This document shows positions 27,521 to 43,858 of a stretch of 64,000 nucleotides of DNA, in pieces; position 1 is the first letter of the stretch, and each line of letters begins with the position of its first letter. This DNA is from the human T2T-CHM13v2.0 reference genome, Homo sapiens, in assembly GCF_009914755.1 (NCBI RefSeq), contig NC_060931.1; one strand, 5' to 3'. Both the position numbers and the translations under genes were made by a program. The notes beneath the pieces are model-generated. The model did not search any database. It had not been told where the DNA came from and worked only from the letters and a program-made list of their open reading frames with translations.

Positions 27521-28827
27521 GTCGTCATCATTATAATCATCATTATCATTTTTTGTTATTATTATTATTATTATTGACGCTGTTTTATTTTCATAGGCTG
27601 AGGTCCTGGGAGCAAAACTAGTCCAGGAGTAATTCTATTTTTTATGTTCCTGCCATATATTGGCATATTACTTCCCAAAGAACTTTACTAATTTAAATGC
27701 TACCAACAGTGTATGAGACTGCCTTAGCCACATTGAGTGTTAGCATTATAAATGAGAAATTTGTTAACTACTGCCTTCCAAATATTTATTGAACATCTCT
27801 TTCTTATAGCCAAAGACTAGAAAAGGTAAGAACAAAAACACTCTTTAGGAAATAATTCTAAGGTTTTCTGCTCTGAGGTCTAATAAGATGGAAAGAAGAA
27901 TGGAAACCACCAACTTGTTGTTGGTAAAAGCTGAATGGGAAGAAATTGACCACTCATCAGAGTGCAAGGTATATGCAACACAGACATTATGTCTTTCACT
28001 CCTAAGTTACACTTTCAACAGATGGCCAAGGATATTTTAAAATTTTCACTTCTTTCTGTCTCATAAACTGAAACTGAGCAAATAAAATTGAGCCAATGAA
28101 AGGGGAATTTTATAAGAAATTAAAAAGTAATGAATTGGTACAAGGTTTAAAATATGAAATGAAATTCTGCTTGTCTCTTAGTTGGTTACGGCTAGTTTGA
28201 AGAATTTTGATGTTTGCCTATTCTTTTTTAAAAATATTGAAAAACAAATTGACCCACAAATTATAAATTAACTACTACATGGTAGGCATTTTTGTATAAG
28301 GTGCCAGAGGCTACAATGTTTTTGATATGTTCAAGGTTAAATAAGTGAGTATTTTCCATGTTGGGAAGCTTCTGTATTTTGAAATGAAGTTAGGAAATGT
28401 GACCTTAATTGGCATGTCCAAAACAGCCAATCCAACCCTGGGACCATAGAACCGTAACAGTGCCTGTTGGTCCAGAGTAGGTACAGAATTATTGGGTTAC
28501 TTAGCTTCTGAACACATAATAGGGCTCCTATGAAACAGAGATCAGAGATCCCACCTAGACAGAACCTCAGAAAGTTAGCCTAAGAAATCAATTGAAACTA
28601 ATCAGAGCAGCCAAATGCAACTCATAAAAATAAGCAAACAAACAACACCAGGATGGTTCCCCAGCGGGGAATACTGACGGAAATTTAACTGACATAGTTA
28701 AAGAAAGATTGTATCAAACAACAAAGGCTAGGTTGGTCATCCCAGGAATTCCAGAAAGGGGAGACTTGGGTAGCAGTGAGGATGATGTCTGGTCTTGGGG
28801 AAAGATAAGGTCATGGTGGGGGAGGGC

Positions 28828-30158
<1,331 letters not shown>

Positions 30159-31478
30159 TATTGGTATAGGTTTTATCTCCTCATAAGAGCTGTAGGTTCC
30201 TTGAACATTTTTTCAACCCTCTGTTACAGTATTTTGTATTTTAGGTTCTTAATAGATGGTTTTTGAATAAGTAAATGAATGTTCTTATCAAAATCTTCTC
30301 TCCTCTGCATGCATTGATTGAGCCATGCCAGAAATGACTAAAAAATAGAACTAATTATTATAGTAAACAGGGTGATTTCTATATCACCATCATTTTATTT
30401 TCAGAGATACAATTACTTGGTAAAATGGCTGGAAAATAAGATCTCTGCCCATTGGTTAAATAAATTATTCTAACTGGAGAAGAGAAAGCTAAAAGGCAGT
30501 TGAATAATCATCCTAGATTTTAAAATATCAGGCAGAGAAGAATGTTAAAGGGCCTTAAGGCCTGCACCCTCATTTGCTGGGAACAAAAGGAGATTTGCCT
30601 GATGACACACTGAAGCCATATCCAGGACACAGACCTGCAACCCGGGGCCAGGAGTGCTCCTCTCTAAGATACTGCCATCTGCGGGGAAGCTGTCCTGCAC
30701 GGTTTACACAGAAGGAATTCGGCGAATGTTTAATACATATTTCTAGGCTATCCCTGGAAACACAAACAACTTTTGCCCATTTTGCATATTGGCTTTAAGT
30801 TCCTTTCAAAAAATTTGCATATTTGCATATTCCTTGAAGGGAACCACCCCACAGATAATAATGGGAAAAATGAAAAGATAATACAACTGGCACATTTGAT
30901 AGCATCCTTGGCTTCACCCCTTAGCCCACAGCTTGTTACTGACAATAACTATGGTTTCTGTTACTGAATAACATAGGTGTGCCAGGAGGCAAGGCTGTTG
31001 TGGTGTTACATTCCTACCTTGGTTTTTCTGGCCGAGTAAATGCAAACTCCCCAGTACTAATCTGTGGACTTTTTAAGTGGATGATTTGATAGAATCACTA
31101 TTTATACTTCTTAAGGGTATAGTGAGTTCAGGTGATCTGTCCAATAAGTATCAGAAGAGCCAGACCATCGGGGAGCTGCTGGGAGAAGTGGAAAAGGTCA
31201 CTAAAAATCAGCCCATCAGAAACCTCAAGGAAAATGGAGGTCAAATAGTTGATCCTACTCCTTGCAAGGAAAGCTTCTTACAATCAGCAAGAGCCAGAGT
31301 CTGCTCTTTTGTCTACAGCAGAAGAAATGATCTTAAATTTGACCCCCAGAGATATGTGAACAGCAAATATGAATTACGTTAACATATTCCATTACTTTCA
31401 CAATTTGAACTGAGATTAAAGAATCAGTGCCCAGAAGCAAGAAGGGCTAATTTTCTTCAGCAGAGAATGAATTCAGAG

Positions 31479-32055
31479 CAGGGGTTCTCACCCCTGGCTG
31501 CACATTAGAATCACCTGGAAAGCTTTAAAAAACTACAGATGCCTGGGTCCCACCCCAGACATTCTGGCTTAATTGGTCTAGGGGTGGCCTGGATCTGATG
31601 CCAGGCTTGAGCAAATCAGAAGTTTAGATGCTAATGTATTTGAGCTTCAGTGATGCTTTCTGCATGCTGACTACTGAAAGCAATAGTCTAGCTCTGTCAT
31701 TCTCCAAAGGTGGTCCCATGATTAACCTTGTAAACATCACCTGGAAACTTGTTAGAACTACAAATTCTAGGGCCCCACTCCAGATTTACTGATCTACTGA
31801 TCAGAATTTCTAGGGTTGGGGATCAGCTTATTAAAGCTCTCCAGGTCATTCTGATGAACATGAAAGCTTGAGAACCACTTATGTAAGTCAAGTCATTGCT
31901 GCTCAAAGTGTGTTCCACAGAGCAGCAGCATCTGTATGTCCTGGAGCGTGTTTGAAATGCAGAGTCTCGGGCCACCCGCACACCTACTAAGTCAGACTGC
32001 ATTTTAGCAATATTCCCGGGTATCTGTATGTGTATTAAAATTTGAGAAGCACTGG
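31479..32055. mobile_element. Cluster of three MER5-family hAT MITEs (~31479-31610, ~31693-31880, ~31893-32055)
   Basis: MER5 motifs ggttctca, catcacctggaaacttgttagaa, tttgagaagcactg and ttgagaaccact. Confidence 0.75.
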
Positions 32056-32269
32056 TCTAAGAAACACTCGCCAGTTAGTGTCTCATTGGACTTCAGTTTT
32101 AATCTTTCAGAGGTTCTATGTAAAAAGACAAGAGCACAGCCAGAGCATAGAAGGGAAGCTGTGAATCTGTATTCCGCTACTTCTGCAGGAGGGGTTAATA
32201 TGTGATCTGTCAAATAGGTCGGGCATTGACTCAAAGAAACATTAAGAGTAGATAGAGTGATTGTGGCAG

Positions 32270-33100
32270 TAGTAAAAGCAGCTGCTGCTTATCATATGGT
32301 TGCCATGTGCTTTATAGGTATACCTGCATTTAATCCTTGTAGAAAACCAGCAAAATATTCATTCATTCAACAAATATCGTATTATATAAGCACATATGCG
32401 CGATACAGTTCTAGGCATATCCCTATATTCTAGAGATGTAGCCACCCCTGCCATTATGAAGCTTAACTCCAAAGTCAGACAACAAACAAAAATAAATAAG
32501 CTGATATACAAGAAAATCATAGGTAAAGATGAGTGCTATGAAGGAAATAAAGCAGGGGAAAGGAAGGAAATGAAGAGTGATAAGGAAGTGCTACCTGAGA
32601 TCAGGTGGTGAAGCAGGGGAGCCTCTTTGAGGAGGTAACATTTAAGCCAAGACACAAAAGAAGCAAAGTCATGAGCCATGCAGATGTTTAAAGGAAGAAC
32701 ATTAAGGAGTATGCAGAGTTGACATGTGAGTGAATGAATGGTTAGAGAGAAGTTTGGAAGATCACTGCAGGCCAGTTCATAAGTTACCATATAAGCTACA
32801 GTAAGTATTTATAGACAAGGAAACCGAGCAGGGCTTCTCAAATTAAGGGTGCCCATGGATCACCTGGGGAACTTGTTAAACTGTAATATGGAGTCACTAA
32901 GTCTGGGGTGGGACGTGAGTTTCTGCATTTCCAACAAACTCCCAAGAGATGTTGATGCTACTGCTCTGTAGGCCACAGAGTAAACAAAGGGATGCAGGGG
33001 CTGAGAACTTATTAAACAGCACGCTCAATGTCACACAGCTGGTAAGTCACAGAGGTAAGATTTGAATCACAGATGCCTGATCCTAAAGTTTGTGCTGTCC
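32270..33100 (-). mobile_element. MIR interrupted by an L2 3' end (~32355-32790) and a MER5 (~32828-32990)
   Basis: MIR pieces (catttaatccttg...; acaaggaaaccgag...; gtcacacagctggtaagt) split by an L2 tail (attcattcattcaacaaat) and MER5 (cttctcaaatt...tcacctggggaacttgttaaa). Confidence 0.6.
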
Positions 33101-33922
33101 ATTAGTTGCCTCTGAGATAACCTCATGCCTGATTCACCTGTAACCGGTACTGTGCAGGATATTTAAAGAGCCTGGCTGAGAAAAGTCCTGGCATGTGCTC
33201 TGTTTATAGAAGAGCCATTTATCCCCTCTTATTTAGAAGGAGAAATAACAAGGGAAATTGGATGCTTTGGTAACTATTGATACTTTGTGCCATTGCTTAT
33301 GCAATGTTTAAAAAATATAAGATATAATCAATCCCTGACATCTTAGACAGAAATGATATTGTTGGTGACCATCTTGGTGTACAATATATAAATAAGCATA
33401 AAATACTCATGAGTCTTGAAATCTAATGCATTATATTTGTAGTACCTGATCCAAGGAAGGCAGTTATTCACCAGGCCCTGCAGTCATACCCCTGCCCTTA
33501 CCCATTTGCACCCTTGCGTTTAGTTCTTTTCACCACATAGAAGATGCTTGGAGTTCCCAGATGTGGGTGGGCTCTGGGGTGTCAGAGATACATGCAGTGG
33601 TTTACTTGCCCAAATCAATGAGGCTTCAATACAAAACAAAACAAAGGGTAGGGGTGTGTGTGGAGTTTGAACACTTGGTCTCAACTTTCTTTCATGAAAG
33701 CAGCCATAGCTCCCGATATTAAACAGATGTTTGCAGGAAAGGATGGCTCCTCGATTTCTCTTGTTTGATAGTCACTGGGGGTGGAGGGGATGGAAGGGGG
33801 ACATGTTCTGTGTATGTATTGTATATGCTCTTGCCTTGATGAATGACATAGTTTGGTTTGGTTTGTTGCCCTCCCCTTTTGTTAATTCTCTGTGTTCTTT
33901 TTCCTTTGTGCTGCACAATTAG

Positions 33923-33982
33923 GACCCTGCAGTGGGACACAGACCCCTCAGTGCTCCAGCTGCAGTCAGACTCAGAACTTGG
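33923..33982 (+). CDS. DYNC1I1: DYNC1I1 60-nt alternative cassette exon (phase 2-2)
   Basis: Acceptor aattag|G; encodes (R)TLQWDTDPSVLQLQSDSEL(G), the IC1 second variable region; weak donor TGG|gtatat. Symmetric, so it can be skipped in frame. Confidence 0.93.
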
Positions 33983-34954
33983 GTATATGTCTGCTCTTTT
34001 GTTACTCCTTTTATTATTTCTTTGCTACAGTTGTGTTGAAATGCTGGAGCTGTTGTTGCTCTTGTGTTCTCCCCTTTTGTTGAACTTCCAGTTTGATAAG
34101 TTCGTTTCCTTCTGTTGATTTTCCTTATAAAGCTTTGAAGAAAGTCTCTCTTTGTGGAAAACACCACAAAAAGATGGCTTTTGATTTCTCCTTATTAATT
34201 CCTATTATTGCAAAACAACACTCCCCCAAACAAAAATCAAACATAAACCCACACATCTAATTAAAAGTGGGGCACACAAGTTCTGCAGCGGGAGATATGT
34301 TTGGCTTTATCATCACCATCCTCCCCTTTACTAACAAGTTGCCTTAAGTTAACTTTGGTCTAAGATCAGTATGAAAATATTGGGTCTTGTTTCTTTACTT
34401 TTCTTTTCAGTTTTTGGGGAACTCACAATAAGCACTTAATTTGAATTAAGTTTGAACAGTTAAAGATTCCTGTTTAAAAAAAACCAAGGAAATTAATTGA
34501 ATACCTTGATCTAAAGATATTTCAAATACTAGATGTTGAGTAATGTCTCCTATGTCCTAAATATCATCTTTTTCAGATGTAAATGTATTATCACAAGTTA
34601 AAAGAAAACCTCAGAGATGAAGACTTGGAGTGGAATAAAACACACAGACATATCCTAGAAACTCAATTTATTTCCGTTGTAGGATTGGAGTTAGCTGTAG
34701 TCACACAGGAGATATTACTGGTGGGGTGTTTGTATCAGCTGGTCATCAAGCTCAGGAGAGCTGATTGCGCATTTCTCTTCTCAACTTCACATTAAGTTAA
34801 ATCAGCTGGAAATCAGCCACGGTGGAAGTATTTACACCACAGAAATTGCCTCCTTTCCTACAAGCAATTTATTAAGCATTTACCGACAGAGCACTGGATA
34901 TCTCTAAGTGAACAGCAAGTTTCATAACCACATTTTATGGAACCATTATCTTTT

Positions 34955-35864
34955 CTTTCTAAATATAAACCAACATATCCCAAACCAGGCATTTATTTAC
35001 TTATTATTCATTTTGAATTCCTGAGATTCCTGGGCATATATCTCTGAGGTTCTGTCAGTTTCAATGCCTACTGTAGGTATAAAAGGAGGTTGAAGGGCTA
35101 TTTGCATGTTAGGTTAAATGCCATCTGCCTGTGACCCTTTGCATATGCAAAAATTCTTAGCTGATTCATGACAATACTAAGCCAAGGAAATATCCTAACA
35201 TTTAGGTAACCGATGCACTATTTCTTTTTTAACCTTACTAAATTCTTGGCTATTTAGTTATATAGTTCATTTATGTTATATTTCAATTTGTATTATTTAA
35301 ATAACCAAGAGATATGGCTTAAATAAAGCAGAGAATGTATGGTAAGTTATAGTTCAGGGGAACTTCAGAATGCAGTTCTTCAAAATTATATTGTGTTAAA
35401 AAAACAGGCAGGGGAAAGAACTGGCAGAGACTACCCCATGCACTTAAATTAACAGATTTTTAGACAGATTGCAGCAGTGCTAAATTACACTTGCTGATGT
35501 GGAATAGTTTGGAATTTTCCCATTTATATCTGTTTTCCAAGCAAAAACTCATGTTGACTATGCAGATTAAAATTTGTGACTTATTCTAGGGATATAGCAT
35601 ATCTGTGGACCCACCTTACCTGCTGCATTATACTTGAGAGTGAACCCAGTGTGTTGGAGAGAGAAGATGGAGACTTTCTGTTCACTTTCTAAATACAAAC
35701 CGATATACCCCAAACTAGGCATTTATTTATTTATTATTCATTTTGAATTCCTGAGATTCCTGGGCATACATCTCTGAGGTTCTATCAATTTCAATGCCCA
35801 CTGTAGGTATAAAAGGAGGTTGAAGGACTATTTGCATTTTAGGTTAAATGCCATCTGCCTGTGA
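34955..35864 (+). repeat. Local direct duplication: 180-bp copies at 34955-35134 and 35685-35864, 550-bp spacer
   Basis: Hand alignment gives about 12 substitutions and no indels (~93% identity). Confidence 0.95.
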
Positions 35865-36049
35865 GTGAGTGGCTTATCTTAGAGAGTTTGAAGGCATTTT
35901 CAGAGAATTTTTGAGAGATGACATTATTTTAGCCATTTTACAATTTCAAATATTGCCTTAATGAAAATTTCTAGATTTTTCTAGAGAGTTTTATTTCACC
36001 TTCTTGAGCTGTGGCATGGGAATGATCATAGTCCATAGCTTCCTTTGTC

Positions 36050-37230
36050 ACTTAATTTAACACCTTTACTGAAGTATAACTGGCTTTAAATAAACTACAC
36101 ATATTAAAACTATTCAAATTGATGATTTTTGACATGTATGCACATCCATGAAATTATTACCACAATCAAGATAGTGAACACATTAATCATCCCCAGAGTT
36201 TCCTCATGCCCCTTTGTTATCTACACTCTTGCTTCTTCCTGTTCTTCCCTATCCCCCAAACATCTGATCTGCTTTCTATCACTATACCTTAGTTTGCCTT
36301 TCCTAGATTGTCATATAAATGAAATCATCCAGGAGGTACTCCTTTGACTGACTTCCTTCATTCAGAAGGATTATTTTGAGATTCATTCAGGTTAAGTTTA
36401 TATAAACAGCTCTATCCTTTTTATTTCATTGTATGGATATACCACAGTTTGTTTATCCAGTCACTTTTTATATACATTGGGTTGTTTACAATTTTTGCCC
36501 ATTACAAATAGAACTGCTATAAACATTCATGTACAAATATTTTAATGCACATATGCTTTCATTTCTTTTGGGCAAATACCTCCCAGTAGAGGTATTTATG
36601 GTTGAATCATATAGTAGATACACATTTAACTTTTTAAGAAATTGTCAAACTGTTTTCAAAATGGTTTTACCATTATGCATTCCCACGAGCAGTTTATGAG
36701 AGCCTCGATTTTTCCACATTCTTGACAACGCTTAGTTTGAGCTTCTTAAAAGAAATTATTAATTTGTTAACTATTATTAAAGAAGTATAGTGGTATTTCA
36801 TTGTGGTTTTAATTTGCATTTCCCTAATGACTAATAATGTTGAATATCTCTTTAGTTGCTTATTTGCCATATGAGTATCCTCTCTGATGAAATGTCTGCT
36901 TAAATCTGTTAGTCTTATATATTGTTTTTGAGTTGGGTTATTTTCTCATAATTGATTTTGAAAGTTCTTCGTATGTTCTGGATAAAATGCTTTATGGGGT
37001 ATATAATTTATTAATATTTTCTCTCAGTCTATGACCTGTCATTTTCATTTTCTTAACAGTGTCTTTAAGAAAGCAAACCATTTTAATTTTGACTAATTAC
37101 AGTTTACAAATTTGTTCTTTTATGGATCATGCTTTTGTTAACATAATGTTGATTTTTAAGCAATTATTTTAATATTTGGTAGAACACAATTCACCTATGA
37201 AATCATTTGGGTTTGGAATAATATTGTGGA
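36050..37230 (-). mobile_element. Ancient L1 (L1MB/L1MC-type) 3' region
   Basis: Degenerate L1 3'UTR and ORF2 C-terminal sequence (cattgtatggatataccacagtttgtttatcc; ttttaatttgcatttccctaatgac). Confidence 0.75.
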
Positions 37231-37236
37231 GGAGAT

Positions 37237-37335
37237 TTTTTGCTTTGTTTTATTTTGAGACAGAGTCTCACTCTGTCACCTAGGCTGGAGTGCAGTGGTG
37301 TGATCTTGGCTCACTGCAACCTCTGCCTCCCAGGC
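37237..37335 (-). mobile_element. Truncated Alu (3' ~100 bp)
   Basis: tttgagacagagtctcactctgtcacctaggctggagtgcagtgg...cctcccagg, then an abrupt junction into L1 sequence. Confidence 0.85.
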
Positions 37336-38051
37336 CAGAGACAGATATCTCTTTGAGATACTAATTTTATTTCCTTTAGATATATATGTCCAGAAAAGGG
37401 ACTGTTAGATAATATGTAGCTCTAGTTTTAATAATTTGAGGAACTTCAATATTATTTTCCATAATGGCAATGCCAATTTACAATCTTACCAACAGTGTAC
37501 TAGGTTGTTTCCTCAATATCCCTTCCAATACTTCTTATTTTTTATTTTTAATAATAGTGATCCTGATTGCATCTCATTATAGTTTTGATTTGCATGTCTC
37601 TGATAATTAGTGATGTTGAACACTTTTTCATATACATATTGGTCATCTTATGTCTTCTTTGGAGATAAGTCTATTTAGGGCCTCTGTGCATTTTTAAATC
37701 AGGTAATTTGTAATTTTGCTATTGAGTTGTTTCAGTTCTTTATATATTTTGGATATTAACCCCTTATCAGTAATATGGATTAAAATATTATCTCCCATTC
37801 TATACATTGCCTTATCATTGTATTGGTTGTTTTCTTTTTTTTTATTATTATACTTTAAGTTTTAGCATACATGTGCACATTGTGCAGGTTAGTTACATAT
37901 GTATACATGTGCCATGCTGGTGCGCTGCACCCACTAACTCGTCATATAGCATTAGGTATATCTCCCAATGCTATCCCTCCCCCCTCCCCCCACCCCACAA
38001 CAGTCCCCAGAGTGTGATGTTCCCCTTCCTGTGTCCATGTGTTCTCATTGT

Positions 38052-41906
<3,855 letters not shown>

Positions 41907-41942
41907 TTAGTTGATGCAGTTTCTTCCTAGTCTTGATGGTCT

Positions 41943-42954
41943 TTACATTTTGGCATGATTTTGCAGTGGCTGGTACCAATTGTTCCTTTCCATGTTTAGC
42001 GCTTCCTTCAGGAGCTCTTTTAGGGCAGGCCTGGTGGTGACAAAATCTCTCAGCATTTGCTTGTCTGTAAAGTATTTTATTTCTCCTTCACTTATGAAGC
42101 TTAGTTTGGCTGGATATGAAATTCTGGGTTGAAAATTCTTTAAGAATGTTGAATATTGGCCCCCACTCTCTTCTGTCTTGTAGGGTTTCTGCCGAGAGAT
42201 CCGCTGTTAGTCTGATGGGCTTCCCTTTGAGGGTAACCCGACCTTTCTCTCTGGCTGCCCTTAACATTTTTTCCTTCATTTCAACTTTGGTGAATCTGAC
42301 AATTATGTGTCTTGGAGTTGCTCTTCTCGAGGAGTATCTTTGTGGCGTTCTTTGTATTTCCTGAATCTGAACGTTGGCCTGCCTTGCTAGATTGGGGAAG
42401 TTCTCCTGGATAATATCCTGCACAGTGTTTTCCAACTTGGTTCCATTCTCCCCGTCACCTTCAGGTACACCAGTCAGACGTAGATTTGGTCTTTTCACAT
42501 AGTCCCATATTTCTTGGAGGCTTTGCTCATTTCTTTTTATTCTTTTTTCTCTAATCTTCCCTTCTTGCTTCATTTCATTCATTTCATCTTCCATTGCTGA
42601 TACCCTTTCTTCCAGTTGATTGCATTGGCTCCTGAGGCTTCTGCATTCTTCACGTAGTTCTTGAGTCTTGGTTTTCAGCTCCATCAGCTCCTTTCAGCAC
42701 TTCTCTGTATTGGTTATTCTAGTTATACATTCTTCTAAATTTTTTTCAAAGTTTTCAACTTCTTTGCCTTTGGTTTGAATGTCCTCCCGTAGCTCAGAGT
42801 AATTTGATCGTCTGAAGCCTTCTTCTCTCAGCTCGTCAAGGTCGTTCTCCGTCCAGCTTTGTTCCGTTGCTGGTGAGGAACTGCATTCCTTTGGAGGAGG
42901 AGAGGCGCTCTGCTTTTTAGAGTTTCCAGTTTTTCTGTTCTGTTTTTTCCCCAT
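41943..42954 (-). pseudogene. L1 ORF1 (RNA-binding chaperone), disabled
   Basis: Starts MGKKQNRKTGNSK; TGA at 42694-42696; 5-bp deletion near 42140 (span 1012 nt versus the 1017-nt consensus). Confidence 0.92.
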
Positions 42955-43858
42955 CTTTGTGGTTTTATCTACTTTTGGTCTTTGATGATGGTGATGTACA
43001 GATGGGTTTTTGGTGTGGATGTCCTTTCTGTTTGTTAGTTTTCCTTCTAACAGACAGGACCCTCAGCTGCAGGTCTGTTGGAGTACCCTGCCATGTGAGG
43101 TGTCAGTGTGCCCCTGCTGGGGGGTGCCTCCCAGTTAGGCTGCTCGGGGGTCAGGGGTCAGGGACCCACTTGAGGAGGCAGTCTGCCCGTTCTCAGATCT
43201 CCAGCTGCGTACTGGAAGAACCACTGCTCTCTTCAAAGCTGTCAGACAGGGACATTTAAGTCTGCAGAGGTTACTGCTGTCTTTTTGTTTGTCTGTGCCC
43301 TGCCCCCAGAGGTGGAGCCTACAGAGGCAGGCAGGCCTCCTTGAGCTGTGGTGGGCTCCACCCAGTTCGAGCTTCCCGGCTGCTTTGTTTACCTAAGCAA
43401 GCCTGGGCAATGGCGGGCGCCCCTCCCCCAGCCTCGCTGCCACCTTGCAGTTTGATCTCAGACTGCTGTGCTAGCAATCAGCCAGACTCCGTGGGCGTAG
43501 GACCCTCCGACCCAGGTGCGTTATATAATCTCGTGGTGCCCCCTTTTTTAAGCCTGTCGGAAAAGCGCAGTATTCGGGTGGGAGTGACTCGATTTTCCAG
43601 GTGCCGTCCGTCACCCCTTTCTTTGACTAGGAAAGGGAACTCCCTGACCCCTTGTGCTTCCCCAGTGAGGCAATGCCTCACCCTGCTTCGGCTCGCGCAT
43701 GGTGCGCGCACCCACTGACCTGCGTCCACTGTCTGGCACTCCCTAGTGAGATGAACCCGGTACCTCAGATGGAAATGCAGAAATCACCCGTCTTCTGCGT
43801 CGCTCACGCTGGGAACTGTAGACCAGAGCTGTTCCTATTCGGCCATCTTGGCTCCTCC
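42955..43858. promoter_or_regulatory. L1 5'UTR bidirectional promoter (sense promoter on minus; antisense promoter firing in the DYNC1I1 direction)
   Basis: Intact CpG-rich 5'UTR with YY1 motif ggccatctt at 43841-43849. Bidirectional activity is established for L1PA 5'UTRs; activity at this copy is inferred. Confidence 0.65.
43410..43718 (+). CDS. L1 antisense ORF0, intact (102-aa variant)
   Basis: gcaATGG start; MAGAPPPASLPPCSLISDCCASNQPDSVGVGPS... matches the primate L1 ORF0 N-terminus; splice donors CAG|gtgcgt (43515) and CAG|gtgccg (43600). Expression not shown. Confidence 0.7.
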   Translation: MAGAPPPASLPPCSLISDCCASNQPDSVGVGPSDPGALYNLVVPPFLSLSEKRSIRVGVTRFSRCRPSPLSLTRKGNSLTPCASPVRQCLTLLRLAHGARTH

